Counted from the first letter of the stretch, positions 30,979 to 43,882 are shown. The stretch is DNA of 64,000 bases from Candidatus Omnitrophica bacterium CG11_big_fil_rev_8_21_14_0_20_41_12 (GCA_002796135.1 PCWB01000055.1:22109-86108), one strand, 5' to 3'. Program-made: numbers and translations. Notes: a model not told the origin generated them from the sequence alone.

Positions 30979-32143
30979 AATAATTTTATTATTGTTTTGC
31001 GCCTTGTTTAATTTCAATTTATCATTGGCTGCGGATAGCCAGGCTCCGGCTAAGGAGGCTATTGGCAGGGGTATCTGGGTATCGGTATTCTCCGCCCAGG
31101 AGTCCCTTTATTCAAAAGAAGGAGTGAATAAGCTGATTGCCCAATGCAAGAAGGCCAAGATTAACGAGATTTACCTGCAGATCTTTCAGTCCGGTAATGC
31201 TTATTATGATTCTAAGATCTGTAACCGGGAGAAATATGACCAGATGATTAAAGCCGCCGGGCTAGATACTTTAGATTTATTGCTCAGAGAGGCAGTGAAA
31301 AATAATATCAGTGTTTATGCCTGGATAAACATCTTAGGCCTGGGGAATAATGATAAAGCGGATATCATCAACAAGTACGGTAGTTCTGTTTTAACCCGCG
31401 ACCAGTATCAGAGAACATCCAAGACTACCTCCCGCCTGGAATTAGATAAGTATTACTTAAGAGAAAATATGGTATTTTTAGAGCCGGGTGACCCCAGAGT
31501 AGAGGAGTATATCTTAACGATTGTTAATGAAATCATTAACCGTTATCCGCTATTCAGCGGAATACATTTAGATTATATCCGCTATCCTTCACCGGTGCCG
31601 TTTGTGCCGGGATCAAGATTTAACAAATTCGGTTTGACCTACGGGTACGGTACAAAAAATGTTGAGCGATTTGCCGATAAAACCGGGCTGAATTGCTTAG
31701 ATACTTTAAATAATGAAGATGAGTATTTAGCCTGGGATAATTGGAGAAGAGCACAGGTGACCCAATTAGTGCGTAAGATTTCCAGCCTGGTTAAACTTAA
31801 ATCTCCCGGCCTTGCAGTTTCATGTGCGGTTATTGCCGCCCCTGAGCGCGCATATAACAATGCTTTTCAGGATTGGTCAGCCTGGTTGGAAGAGGGGATT
31901 ATTGATTATGCCGTATTAATGGCATATACCAAAGATAACCAGTATGTTAAAGAGATAGTTAAATCCGCCCTGGGCCACCGCGGTAAAGGAAAAATTTATG
32001 TTGGTATGGGGCTATTTTTAATGAAAGATAATCCGGATTTATTCTTTAACCAATACCGCTTGATTTGCGAACTTGCCCCCGACGGAGTAGTTATTTTTTC
32101 CATTGATGACTTAACCGACCAGATTATCGGCTACCTAGATTAA
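30968..32143 (+). CDS. Secreted glycoside-hydrolase-like family 10 (GHL10/DUF187-type) protein
   Basis: A signal peptide and a TIM-barrel-like pattern (GIWVSVF…, EIYLQIF, HLDYIRYP). The family assignment is from memory and tentative. Confidence 0.4.
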   Translation: MKNKIILLLFCALFNFNLSLAADSQAPAKEAIGRGIWVSVFSAQESLYSKEGVNKLIAQCKKAKINEIYLQIFQSGNAYYDSKICNREKYDQMIKAAGLDTLDLLLREAVKNNISVYAWINILGLGNNDKADIINKYGSSVLTRDQYQRTSKTTSRLELDKYYLRENMVFLEPGDPRVEEYILTIVNEIINRYPLFSGIHLDYIRYPSPVPFVPGSRFNKFGLTYGYGTKNVERFADKTGLNCLDTLNNEDEYLAWDNWRRAQVTQLVRKISSLVKLKSPGLAVSCAVIAAPERAYNNAFQDWSAWLEEGIIDYAVLMAYTKDNQYVKEIVKSALGHRGKGKIYVGMGLFLMKDNPDLFFNQYRLICELAPDGVVIFSIDDLTDQIIGYLD

Positions 32144-32157
32144 TAACTATTAATAAA

Positions 32158-33150
32158 ATGCCAAAGCTTGCTGAGTTTGATTATCTGCTGCCTAAAGAAT
32201 TAATTGCCCAATATCCGCTTGAAAACAGGGAAGCTGCCCGGCTTTTGATCCTCAACCGGAAAACCGGCGAGCTTGGCCACGGTATATTCAAAGACATCGG
32301 TAATTTTTTCCAAAAGAATGATCTTTTGGTGCTCAATGATACCAAGGTTCTGCATTGCCGCTTAATGGGTAAAAAGATAACCGGGGGCAGGGTTGAGATT
32401 TTGCTCACCCGTAGGACCAACGGCACAACTTTTTCCTGCCTGGTTCAGCCCAGCCGCACAAAAGTAAAAGAGGTCATTTTTTTTGCCGCAGGCAAGATCA
32501 AAGGTACAATTTGCGGCCGCGGAAAAATTAGTTTTAAACAAGCTGATGCGGATCAAATTTATAATTTCGGCGTTGTACCTTTGCCTCCTTATATAAAACG
32601 CGAGCCTGAAGATTTAGATAAGATTTATTATCAGACGGTTTATGCTAAGAATGAAGGGGCGCTGGCATCTCCTACTGCCGGCCTGCATTTTAGTCAAGAT
32701 TCACTTAAGAGTATTGAATCTTGCGGGGTTAATCTGGCTTATGTTACCCTGCATGTAGGGTTAGGCACGTTTCGTCCGGTTAAATGTGAAGAGATAACCG
32801 AACATAAGATGGAGCCGGAATCGTTTTTTGTTCCTGGTAAAACCTCAGAGTTAATTAAACAAACCAAAATTAATCATGGGCGTATTATTGCTGTGGGCAC
32901 AACCGCACTGCGGGCTCTGGAAACTTTTGCTGACGGCAGAAAAGAAGGAAATACCGATTTATTCATTTATCCGGGATATAAATTCAAATTAGTCGATTGC
33001 CTCCTGACTAATTTTCATCTTCCTAAAACTACTCTTTTGATGTTGGTCTGCGCTTTTGCCGGCAGAGATTTGATGTTAAAAGCCTATCAGGAAGCAGTCG
33101 AGAAAAAATACAGATTTTACAGTTACGGCGACGCAATGTTGATCGTTTAA
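32158..33150 (+). CDS. queA: S-adenosylmethionine:tRNA ribosyltransferase-isomerase
   Basis: QueA N-terminal pattern (FDYLLPKELIAQYPLENR) and full-length similarity. Confidence 0.9.
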   Translation: MPKLAEFDYLLPKELIAQYPLENREAARLLILNRKTGELGHGIFKDIGNFFQKNDLLVLNDTKVLHCRLMGKKITGGRVEILLTRRTNGTTFSCLVQPSRTKVKEVIFFAAGKIKGTICGRGKISFKQADADQIYNFGVVPLPPYIKREPEDLDKIYYQTVYAKNEGALASPTAGLHFSQDSLKSIESCGVNLAYVTLHVGLGTFRPVKCEEITEHKMEPESFFVPGKTSELIKQTKINHGRIIAVGTTALRALETFADGRKEGNTDLFIYPGYKFKLVDCLLTNFHLPKTTLLMLVCAFAGRDLMLKAYQEAVEKKYRFYSYGDAMLIV

Positions 33151-33247
33151 TCTAAGCAAGGCATATCGATGGAAAAATAAAAATAGCCGCGGAACGGGCA
33201 GTTATCTTTCGGCACAGGCTTCAGAAAAATTCTTGTTATAAAAAAGC

Positions 33248-33276
33248 TTGACAATCTATAGTTAATCTAGTAAAGT
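33248..33276 (+). promoter_or_regulatory. Sigma70-like promoter of the arsR-led accessory operon, with overlapping palindromes
   Basis: TTGACA (33248-33253), a 17-nt spacer, then TAAAGT (33271-33276). TAGTTT-N10-AAACTA (33276-33297) and the 8-bp palindrome ATAGCTAT (33302-33309) lie between the -10 and the ATG at 33324. Confidence 0.45.
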
Positions 33277-33323
33277 AGTTTCGAAATACATAAACTATGA
33301 AATAGCTATCGAAGGGAATAACA

Positions 33324-33674
33324 ATGGATAAAAATATGGAAGAGAAAATGTTTCAGATGCATGCCGAGGTTTGTAAAAGCATGGCTAACCCCACACGCTT
33401 AAAAATTATCAATCTATTGGGTGCAGGAGAAAAAAGCGTCGAAGAACTAAGAAAAAGGCTCAAATTGCCGAAAGCGAATCTTTCTCAGCATTTGAGTATA
33501 CTGCGTCAACGCAGGATTGTTGCTGCAAGGAGAGAGGGCCTTAATGTTTACTATAAGTGCGCAAATCAAAAAATGCTCAAGGCTTGTGAGATTCTGCGGG
33601 AAGTGCTGATGGAGCAACTTGCCGAAGGGGGCCGTTTGGGTAAATGGATAGATAAGGGGAAAAATGAAACTTGA
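33324..33674 (+). CDS. ArsR/SmtB-family transcriptional regulator
   Basis: Winged-HTH ArsR pattern (ANPTRLKIINLL…LSQHLSILR). It has no Cys-containing alpha3 metalloid-binding motif of ArsR type. Cysteines are at C17 and a C-terminal pair. Confidence 0.75.
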   Translation: MDKNMEEKMFQMHAEVCKSMANPTRLKIINLLGAGEKSVEELRKRLKLPKANLSQHLSILRQRRIVAARREGLNVYYKCANQKMLKACEILREVLMEQLAEGGRLGKWIDKGKNET

Positions 33675-35964
33675 GCGCTTAACGCAAGCGGTTTTGGGCC
33701 GTCCTAAGCTGGTAATTGGGCTTGTAGCCGCCATTAGTATTTTCTTCATCGCGCAGTTTCCCAAGATTACGATTGATACTGATCCCAAGCATATGCTTCC
33801 TGAGGCTTCGCCTGTGCGCCAGTATAATGACTTGGTGGAAAAAGATTTTGTCCTTCATCCGGATGTGATCGTATTGGGGATAGTTAACAAGGATGGAATT
33901 TTTAACCCGCAAACGCTTAAATATGTAAAAGATCTGACGAATGCCGTTCGACAGATTCCCGGTGTGATTGTGCGGGACGTGGATAGCCTGACTACCGTCG
34001 AGAATGTATTTTCTAATCAGGGTGAACTTATCGTCAGGCCCGCTTTAGGCGATATTCCGGATACGGAAGCAGGGCTGGCAGCTTTACGCAAAAGTATTTT
34101 AGATAACGCGCTTTTTGTAAATCGTTTTATTTCTCCGGATGGTTTAGCCGTAGCGATTTTCATTCCTATAGAGCCGACGGCCAACGGTAAGGAAATCGCT
34201 GATAAAATTCGTGCGATGCTGCCAAAGAATTCAAGGCCCAATCAATTTTATCTTGCCGGAGATCCGGTTGCCCGCGATACATTCGGGACAGAGATGTTCC
34301 GTCAGATGGGGCTTTTTTCTCCTATCGCCGGTTTAGTGATGTGTATCGCGCTATGGTTTATGTTCCGCAATATTACCGTGATTATCGCTAACATGGCTGT
34401 TGCAATGATTAGCATCATTTGGAGCATGGGAGGCTTGATTGGTTTAGGGTTTCCCGTTCACATCATGAGTTCTATGGCTCCGGTTTTTTTAATGGCGATT
34501 GCCACTGATGCGGTGCATATTTTTAATGAGTTTGCTTTTCGGCTTGGCGAAGGACAAGATAAACGCAAAGCCATTCTAGAGACAATGAAAGTCGTTGCCT
34601 TGCCAATTTTTTATTCGGATGTCACCACTGCCGTGGGTTTTGCCGCGCTGGCAACAGTCACTATTGTTCCTGTTAAGATTTTCGGGTTAGTTGTTGCGTT
34701 TGGAACGCTGGTGATCCTTTTCATGAGTTTTACTTTTATTCCGGCCTTGCTGATGCTTATTCCTGAAAAGCATATTTTAAAGCTTGCTGCGGTGCATGGA
34801 AAAGGGGAAAAGTTCTCCCCTGTACTTTTACGCCTGGGAGGCTTTTGCGTAGAAAAGGCCAAACCTATTTTACTTGTAGGTATCGTGTTATTTATCGTGG
34901 CGCTAGCAGGCCTGGCGCGCATTCATGTTAACAACAACATGGTGCATTGGTTTAAATTTAATAGTGAAGTCAGAAGCGCAGACCGCGTTATGAATAAATA
35001 TCTTGGCGGGACTTCCACGGCTTATTTAGTTGTTCGGGCCAAAAATGAGGGCGCTGTAGGAGATCCCGCGTTTTTACGCCAAATTGAAGGCCTGCAGCGC
35101 GAATTGGAAAAAGATCCTTTAATCGGAAAAACATTTTCCTTGGCAGACTATATTAAACGCACAAATCTGGTAATGCATGATGATGCGCCGCTATTTAATC
35201 GTATTCCGGATTCTAAGCAGGAAGTAGGGCAGTATTTATTTCTTTTACAGTCAGCAGCCAAGCCCCGGCATCTGGATAACGTTGTCGATTTTTCCCTTAA
35301 AACTGCCAATATCATCATTCAGTTGAAAAGCTGGGACGCTGACACGATGAAGTCAGTAATCGGGCGGGCAAATAGTTTTTTCGCTGCGCATCCGTTGCCG
35401 GAAGTAGAGGATTTTAAACCGGCCGGGATCGCTTATTTTAATATGGTCTGGGACCATGAGGTGCTTTGGGGGATGGTTAGCAGTTTTCTCTGGGGGCTTA
35501 TTCTGGTATTGATACTGCTTGTTTTTCAGACCCGTTCGTTTCTCTGGGGGATTTTGAGTTTTCTGCCGCTGCTATTTACAATCGCATTGATTTATGGTGT
35601 CGTGGGATTAATCGGGAAAGATTTTGATATGCCGGTCGCTGTGTTATCCACGCTTTCCTTGGGTATGGCGGTTGATTTTGCCATCCATTTCGTCGGCCGG
35701 TTCCAGCAGCGGTATAAAGAAGACCCCCGGTTAAGAGAGGCTCTTATCTGGACGGTAGCCCGGCCCGGCAAAGGGATTTTTCTTAATGCTGTTCTTTTTG
35801 CCTTAGGGTTTGCCGTAATGGCTTTTGCAGCTTTAACTCCGTATATCACCGTGGGAGTTTTTATGGCGGCGATTATGGTTCTTTCTTCGGTGATGAGTGT
35901 TATTTATCTGCCGGCGCTTATTCAATTGGGGCGTCAAAAACTAATCAAGCGAGGTGGCGTATGA
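33664..35964 (+). CDS. MMPL/RND-superfamily membrane transporter
   Basis: 766 aa. Two repeated halves each have a large extracytoplasmic loop followed by a ~6-TM bundle, with an SSD-like GxxxD pattern. Confidence 0.6.
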   Translation: MKLERLTQAVLGRPKLVIGLVAAISIFFIAQFPKITIDTDPKHMLPEASPVRQYNDLVEKDFVLHPDVIVLGIVNKDGIFNPQTLKYVKDLTNAVRQIPGVIVRDVDSLTTVENVFSNQGELIVRPALGDIPDTEAGLAALRKSILDNALFVNRFISPDGLAVAIFIPIEPTANGKEIADKIRAMLPKNSRPNQFYLAGDPVARDTFGTEMFRQMGLFSPIAGLVMCIALWFMFRNITVIIANMAVAMISIIWSMGGLIGLGFPVHIMSSMAPVFLMAIATDAVHIFNEFAFRLGEGQDKRKAILETMKVVALPIFYSDVTTAVGFAALATVTIVPVKIFGLVVAFGTLVILFMSFTFIPALLMLIPEKHILKLAAVHGKGEKFSPVLLRLGGFCVEKAKPILLVGIVLFIVALAGLARIHVNNNMVHWFKFNSEVRSADRVMNKYLGGTSTAYLVVRAKNEGAVGDPAFLRQIEGLQRELEKDPLIGKTFSLADYIKRTNLVMHDDAPLFNRIPDSKQEVGQYLFLLQSAAKPRHLDNVVDFSLKTANIIIQLKSWDADTMKSVIGRANSFFAAHPLPEVEDFKPAGIAYFNMVWDHEVLWGMVSSFLWGLILVLILLVFQTRSFLWGILSFLPLLFTIALIYGVVGLIGKDFDMPVAVLSTLSLGMAVDFAIHFVGRFQQRYKEDPRLREALIWTVARPGKGIFLNAVLFALGFAVMAFAALTPYITVGVFMAAIMVLSSVMSVIYLPALIQLGRQKLIKRGGV

Positions 35965-36782
35965 GAAAAATACTCTCTGTTGCGGTAATTGTTTTTCTAT
36001 TATTGGTGAATATATTTTGGACTGAAAATGCCTGTGCTCAAGATACGCAAAACGCAGAGGCTGTGATGAACGAAATGCTTTTAGCTTATTATTATCCTCA
36101 AACCGATGTCAAAAACGAGATATCTATGCGTATCGTGAATCGTCAAGGCCAGATCCGCCAGCGGCGCCTAACCATGCTTCGTCTTAACCAGTCACCCGGC
36201 GGCGATCAGTCTTATTACATCTACTTCCATGAGCCTGCCGAGGTTAGAGGGATGAGTTTTTTAGTTTTAAAGCATCTTGGCCGCGATGACGACCGCTGGC
36301 TTTATTTGCCGGCGATTGATCTGGTTAAGCGTATTGCTACGAGTGACAAGCGGACGAGTTTTGCGGGGTCAGACTTTACTTATGAAGATGTTTCCGGGCG
36401 CGCTCTTGATGCAGATAAGCATGAGTTGATCGGCGAAGAAAATCTTGGTACGTATTCCTGCCTTGTAGTGAAAAGTACGCCGCAACGCCCGGGAGAGGCA
36501 GAATTTAGCTATCGGAAATTCTGGCTTGATAAAACAACGCATCTTCCGCTTAAGATGGAGCATTATGATCTTAAGGGTAAGATTTACAAGGTTTATGAGG
36601 CCCAAGAGGTTCAAACCATCCAGGGTATCCCGACAATCACCAAAGCCGCGATGAAGGATCTTGAGAACGAACGGTCTACCGAGATTGCAATAAAAAACGT
36701 CTCTTATAATGTGGGAATTACTTCCGAGATTTTCCAAGAAAGGCTTTTGCGCAGGCCTCCCAGAGAATGGATTGGAGAATAA
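35961..36782 (+). CDS. LolA-like outer-membrane lipoprotein-sorting-type periplasmic protein (DUF1329-like)
   Basis: A signal peptide and ~270 aa. It is translationally coupled to the MMPL transporter, the arrangement of known RND/DUF1329/DUF1302 trios. Confidence 0.4.
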   Translation: MRKILSVAVIVFLLLVNIFWTENACAQDTQNAEAVMNEMLLAYYYPQTDVKNEISMRIVNRQGQIRQRRLTMLRLNQSPGGDQSYYIYFHEPAEVRGMSFLVLKHLGRDDDRWLYLPAIDLVKRIATSDKRTSFAGSDFTYEDVSGRALDADKHELIGEENLGTYSCLVVKSTPQRPGEAEFSYRKFWLDKTTHLPLKMEHYDLKGKIYKVYEAQEVQTIQGIPTITKAAMKDLENERSTEIAIKNVSYNVGITSEIFQERLLRRPPREWIGE

Positions 36783-36783
36783 T

Positions 36784-38154
36784 TTGTTGGGCAAGGCCGG
36801 CATTATTATTCCGATATGTTTTATTCTGTCCGTCTCCAGCAGTAAGCTTTTGTTTGCTGAATCCGTGTCTACTGATGTCAGAGAAACAGTCGGCACGCCT
36901 CAAGACGAAAAGAAACCGCCGGATGCTTGGTCTAGAATCTTTGATTCAGTCCATGGATTTATAGAGGCTGCTTACGGACCTAAATTTTCAGGAGATAAGC
37001 TGACGCAAAAGAATGGCTATAATCTCCTAGAGCAACGCCTCCAGCTTAAAGTGGATTACCGGCCGCAAGAACCTGCCTGGTTTGCGTCATGGAATCCGGA
37101 ATTTTTCTATAAAGCGGATCTTTTGGCTGATGAATATAAGGAAACCCTGCGGTATCAGACTCGTGAAGGATATGGGCTGTTTAGCCCTCTTTCCTGGATG
37201 GATATTAAGCTGGGAAGGCAGATTCTTACCTGGGGAACCGGTGATTATCTTTTTATCAACGATGTCTTCCCGAAGGACTACGAATCATTCTTTACCGGCC
37301 GGGATGATGAATACCTCAAGGTACCTTTAGATGCCGGAAAGTTCTCCATATTTAGCCGTTTAGTTTCAATGGATGTGGCGGTTATTCCTTTTTTTGCTCC
37401 GGATGTCTCATTTACCGGAGATCGTTTGAGTTTCTACGATAATTTTCTTGGCTGGATTGCAGGTACGCAGTCAAGCCGGGTATTCATAGAGCCCGCGGTT
37501 CAGTTCAAGAATACAGAAATAGCCGCTCGTCTATATCGTAATTTCGGAGAGTATGAAACAGCTGTTTACATGTTCAAAGGATTTTTTAATCAGCCGTTCG
37601 GTATTCAGGATGAGAATGCAAAAGAGGTATTTTATCCCAAGCTTGCAGTTTTTGGGGCGAGTATCCGCGGGCCTGCGCCGTCTGCCGGAGGGATCGCTTC
37701 CGGTGAAATAGGTTACTATGATTCTTTAGAAGATCGTAATGGTAAAAACCGGCTCATTGAGAATTCGGGGATGAAGTATCTTCTTGGTTACGAGCGGGAT
37801 TTCCCCAAGGATTGGCGCTTAGGTTTGCAGTATTACGTAGAACAGATGCTGGATTTTGATGAATTCAAAGCAAACAGCCAGCCCGGAGATATCCCCCAAG
37901 ATGAGTTTCGGCAACTCTTAACTTTGCGCGTCACCAAGCTCTTCAGGTTTCAAACTTTAGAGGCATCACTTTTTACTTTTTACAGTCCCACGGATAGTGA
38001 TGCCTACATACGGCCGCGCCTTGCCTGGCAGGCAAATGATCGTTGGAAATTGACCGCAGGGGTAAATGTTTTTTTTGGTAAACACGATTGGACCGAGTTT
38101 GGCCAATTGGAAGGTAACGACAACTTTTATCTAAGGCTTAGATATAGCTTTTAA
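36784..38154 (+). CDS. Putative outer-membrane beta-barrel protein (DUF1302-like)
   Basis: A TTG start immediately after the upstream stop, then a signal peptide. Amphipathic beta-strand alternation runs throughout, and it ends …LRLRYSF with a terminal aromatic. Confidence 0.35.
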   Translation: MLGKAGIIIPICFILSVSSSKLLFAESVSTDVRETVGTPQDEKKPPDAWSRIFDSVHGFIEAAYGPKFSGDKLTQKNGYNLLEQRLQLKVDYRPQEPAWFASWNPEFFYKADLLADEYKETLRYQTREGYGLFSPLSWMDIKLGRQILTWGTGDYLFINDVFPKDYESFFTGRDDEYLKVPLDAGKFSIFSRLVSMDVAVIPFFAPDVSFTGDRLSFYDNFLGWIAGTQSSRVFIEPAVQFKNTEIAARLYRNFGEYETAVYMFKGFFNQPFGIQDENAKEVFYPKLAVFGASIRGPAPSAGGIASGEIGYYDSLEDRNGKNRLIENSGMKYLLGYERDFPKDWRLGLQYYVEQMLDFDEFKANSQPGDIPQDEFRQLLTLRVTKLFRFQTLEASLFTFYSPTDSDAYIRPRLAWQANDRWKLTAGVNVFFGKHDWTEFGQLEGNDNFYLRLRYSF

Positions 38155-38160
38155 GAGGAG

Positions 38161-38520
38161 GTGTCCATGGATAAAATAACTGTTATACTTAACGAAGGCC
38201 CTAACACAATGCGTTCTTGGAATGGTTTGCGTCTGACAGGAGGTTTGTTGGATGTAAATTTACAGGCGGAAGTAGTTTTGTTTGATGAGTCGGTTTTCTG
38301 CGCTAAAAAATCCCAAAATCCACCGGAAGATCTAAAGGGATTGAATCTTAGCCAGAAGTTATCGGAGTTGATCAAGCTGGGAGTTAAAGTTTTGGTCTGC
38401 GGAAGCTGTTGCCAGGCTCGAGGCGTAAAGTCAGAAGAATTGGTTGATGGAGCCCAGATCTGTTGTCTGACGGATGTGGCAAACGCCATAAAGACAAGCA
38501 GGCAAACATTAGTATTTTAA
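38161..38520 (+). CDS. DsrE/DsrF(TusD)-like small protein
   Basis: 119 aa with a YchN/DsrE-fold pattern (ITVILNEGP…) and Cys-containing VCGSCC. Confidence 0.45.
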   Translation: MSMDKITVILNEGPNTMRSWNGLRLTGGLLDVNLQAEVVLFDESVFCAKKSQNPPEDLKGLNLSQKLSELIKLGVKVLVCGSCCQARGVKSEELVDGAQICCLTDVANAIKTSRQTLVF

Positions 38521-38554
38521 AACACCTCGCGCTAATTGGAATTGCGCGAGTGTT
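38521..38554 (+). promoter_or_regulatory. Palindromic hairpin, second copy of the motif seen at 3705-3738
   Basis: AACACCTCGCGC, an 11-nt loop, then GCGCGAGTGTT. It has the same arm architecture, the same single-C bulge and the same loop length as the clpP-upstream hairpin. A C:G to T:A compensatory pair distinguishes the copies. Confidence 0.3.
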
Positions 38555-38576
38555 CCCTTGTGGGAAGGAGGATATA

Positions 38577-39319
38577 ATGCTCAATCTAAATCCTGATGAG
38601 ATTAAGAAACTGGTTAAAGATAAATACAGCAAGGTCGCTTGTGATCCTTATGGGGTGTATAATTTTCCCGTAGGAAAAGCGTTTGCCTTGAAAGTCGGTT
38701 ACCCTCAAGAAGTTTTGGATACGCTTCCTGTTTCTTTGATGGAGTCTTTTACCGGCGCCAATAACCCTCAGCCGTTTGTGGAACTGAAGCCAGGCGAGAT
38801 TGTATTGGATTTAGGTTGCGGCGGCGGCCTGGATTTATATTTTTATAGCCAGGCTGTGGGGCCGCAAGGAAAGGTTTATGGCGTAGATATTTCCGAAGAT
38901 ATGGTGAACCGGGCAAAAGACAATATGCGTAAAACGGAAAGAGCAAATACGGAAATCCGTATCGGAGAATCTGACAGCATCCCTTTTAACGAAGCATTCT
39001 TTGATCTGGTTGCCTCAAACGGTATTTATAACCTATCTCCGGATAAAGAAGCGGCCATGAAAGAGGTGTTTAGGGTTTTAAAACTCGGAGGCCGGACGGT
39101 CTTTTGTGAAATTGTTCTAAAAGAGCCGTTGTCTGAGGATGAAAGGAAAAATCATAGCGATTGGTTTAGGTGTATCGGCGGAGCTTTGGTGGAAAATGAT
39201 TTTATCGATTTAATGAAAAAAGTTGGCTTTGAGAATATAGAAGTTATATCTACCTGCCGTAATGCCCGCACCGGACATCCTTCGGCTATTTGCGCAAATA
39301 TACGCGCCTATAAAAGATA

Positions 39320-39320
<1 letters not shown>
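38577..39320 (+). CDS. ArsM-family SAM-dependent methyltransferase lacking the canonical As(III)-binding cysteines
   Basis: SAM motif I (VLDLGCGGGLD…VGPQGKVYGVD), an ArsM-like N-terminal region (GYPQEV…GANNPQPF), and a C-terminal WFRCIGGAL. The positions equivalent to ArsM Cys72 (…GANNP…) and Cys174 (…SNGIYNL…) are not Cys. The start was set to the ATG at 38577 behind a GGAAGGAGG RBS. Confidence 0.6.
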
Positions 39321-41918
<2,598 letters not shown>

Positions 41919-41919
41919 T

Positions 41920-41949
41920 GGCCCGTCCTAAATGGTGTAGAGGACGGCC
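41920..41949 (+). terminator. Stem-loop directly after the trmD stop, upstream of rplS
   Basis: GGCCCGTCC, a 13-nt loop, then GGACGGCC. The trailing T-run is weak (TTCCCC). It could be a terminator or an rplS leader structure. Confidence 0.3.
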
Positions 41950-41981
41950 TTCCCCACGAGGGTAAGAAAGGAGTAACAATA

Positions 41982-42338
41982 ATGGATATTAAATCAATCG
42001 AGGCAGGATTTGCCAAGAAAGAGATGCCGGAAATTAACGTCGGAGACACGGTAAAAGTAATGACCAGGATTAAGGAGGGCCCGGATAAATTCCGGTTGCA
42101 TCCTTTTGAGGGAGTGATCATTGCCAAAACCGGCTCAGGTTCTAAAGTTAATTTTACGGTTAAGAAAGTTTCCTTTGGTGAGGGGATTGAGCGTGTATTC
42201 CCGCTTTATTCACCGGTTATCGAGCGCATTGAACTTATCCGCTCAGGTAAAGTCAGGAGAGCCAAGCTTTATTATTTAAGAGGTAAGATCGGCAAGCACG
42301 CTACTAAAATAGAAAGTAAAACAGAAAAACCAAGTTAG
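41982..42338 (+). CDS. rplS: 50S ribosomal protein L19
   Basis: 118 aa with an L19 pattern and the conserved trmD-rplS order. Confidence 0.9.
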   Translation: MDIKSIEAGFAKKEMPEINVGDTVKVMTRIKEGPDKFRLHPFEGVIIAKTGSGSKVNFTVKKVSFGEGIERVFPLYSPVIERIELIRSGKVRRAKLYYLRGKIGKHATKIESKTEKPS

Positions 42339-42952
42339 TGCTGCGCTACGAAAAAAAACTAAAAAACCGGGGTTTTGATTTAGTCATCGGCGTAGATGAG
42401 GCCGGCCGCGGGCCATTAGCCGGGCCTGTCGTGGCGGCGGCAGTGCTCTTAAGGGATTTTAGTTTTAGTAACCGGGTTGATGATTCGAAAAAATTATCCG
42501 GCATTAGAAGAAAAGAGGCATTTTTGGAGATTAAGCAAAAGTCTCAATACGCCATCGTTTCAGTCAGCCCTAAACAGATCGATACGATCAATATTTTGCA
42601 GGCGACAATAGTCGCCATGCAAAAAGCAGTTTCTAAATTGATCAAGCAGCTGGCGCCTCAAGAGTTAAAACGTGTATTTGTATTGATCGACGGAAATATG
42701 CGCCTTAAGCTGGGTTTGCCTTATCAAAGCATCATTAAGGGGGATGGCAAATCATTAAGTATTGCGTCTGCTTCCATCTTGGCAAAAGTCCGGCGTGATC
42801 AGATTATGGATGCCTACCACAAGACTTATCCGCAATACGGTTTTATCCGGCATAAAGGTTATGCGACACAGATGCATCGGGATAGTTTGAAAAAATACGG
42901 GCCTTCGGTTATTCACAGAAAGAGTTTTTTAAGGTGTCTGGAAAAAACATAG
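42338..42952 (+). CDS. rnhB: Ribonuclease HII
   Basis: [15 protein letters not shown] active-site motif, with a GTG start. Confidence 0.85.
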   Translation: MLRYEKKLKNRGFDLVIGVDEAGRGPLAGPVVAAAVLLRDFSFSNRVDDSKKLSGIRRKEAFLEIKQKSQYAIVSVSPKQIDTINILQATIVAMQKAVSKLIKQLAPQELKRVFVLIDGNMRLKLGLPYQSIIKGDGKSLSIASASILAKVRRDQIMDAYHKTYPQYGFIRHKGYATQMHRDSLKKYGPSVIHRKSFLRCLEKT

Positions 42953-43314
42953 AATTCGGTAAACTTGCCGAAAAAAAAGCAGTAGAGTTTTTAAAGGCAA
43001 ACGGATACAGGATCCGGCAGTGTAATTATAAAACTAAATTCAGTGAAATCGATATCATTGCCGATGACGGTAATACGATTTGTTTTATCGAGGTTAAGGC
43101 CAGGCATTCTCTTAATCTCGGGGGCCCGCTTGATGCGGTTTCCTTCAGAAAACAAAGGCAGATCGCTAAAAGCGCTATTGATTATTTAAAAACTAATAAT
43201 TTTTTAGAGCGCTTAAGCCGTTTTGATGTGCTTACGCTTTTATACACGGATGATCAGCCTGAAATATCTTTAATTAAAAACGCATTTGAACTTAACGCAA
43301 GGTTTACACTTTAA
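42934..43314 (+). CDS. yraN: YraN-family (UPF0102) endonuclease
   Basis: 126 aa with an …EIDIIA…FIEVKAR motif. The rplS-rnhB-yraN order is conserved. Confidence 0.75.
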   Translation: MSGKNIEFGKLAEKKAVEFLKANGYRIRQCNYKTKFSEIDIIADDGNTICFIEVKARHSLNLGGPLDAVSFRKQRQIAKSAIDYLKTNNFLERLSRFDVLTLLYTDDQPEISLIKNAFELNARFTL

Positions 43315-43318
43315 AACT

Positions 43319-43882
43319 ATGAATTGCAAAACTCAAAGCCTGACTAAATACTTAAACGATTTATCCGCTAAGCTGGCTGTTCCCGGCGGCGGATCTGCAG
43401 CGGCAATGAACGCGGCGATGGGTGCGGCGCTGATCAGTATGGTGATCAATTTTACTTTAGGTAAACCAAAGTATTCTAAAGATGAAGCAGGGCTTAAAGG
43501 AATTTTAAGAAAATCAGAAAAATTAAAAGATGATTTCCTGAATTTAGTTGATTTAGATGTTCTGGCCTATAAGAGCAGGGATAACCGCAAAGCTATGGAT
43601 GTGCCGTTGATGTTGGCAAGGCTTTGCTACGAAGGGATGCAGATACTGGCGCCTTTGGTCAACAAAACAAACTTGAATTTAATCAGTGATACGGTGATTG
43701 CGGCAATATTTTTTGAGTCAGCATTCAGCGCTTCCTGTTTTAATGTCCAGATAAATCTAAAAGCACTTAATGATAAAAAATTAAGTGTTGCCGTAAATAA
43801 AGAATTAAGCCTGAAAGCTAAATCCGTTAAACGGATCAGAGCCAAGATGGAGGCCAAAGTTGGCAAAATTATTAGAGGGTAA
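43319..43882 (+). CDS. Cyclodeaminase/cyclohydrolase-family protein (FTCD C-terminal domain-like; methenyl-THF cyclohydrolase-type)
   Basis: PGGGSAAAMNAAMGAAL signature of the FTCD_C family. It is adjacent to folD. Confidence 0.6.
   Translation: MNCKTQSLTKYLNDLSAKLAVPGGGSAAAMNAAMGAALISMVINFTLGKPKYSKDEAGLKGILRKSEKLKDDFLNLVDLDVLAYKSRDNRKAMDVPLMLARLCYEGMQILAPLVNKTNLNLISDTVIAAIFFESAFSASCFNVQINLKALNDKKLSVAVNKELSLKAKSVKRIRAKMEAKVGKIIRG

Noticed and set aside
33151-33323. tRNA, ncRNA or riboswitch in the longest true intergenic region (queA-arsR spacer); other spacers were also checked
   Set aside because: No cloverleaf-compatible arms or GTTC/T-loop motif were found. The sequence is explained by a promoter plus operator-like palindromes. 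No CRISPR-like direct repeats occur anywhere in the window.
43860-43862. Possible earlier ATG start for folD at 43847
   Set aside because: It is out of frame with the FolD reading frame. The in-frame start is the TTG at 43860 given by the ORF track.
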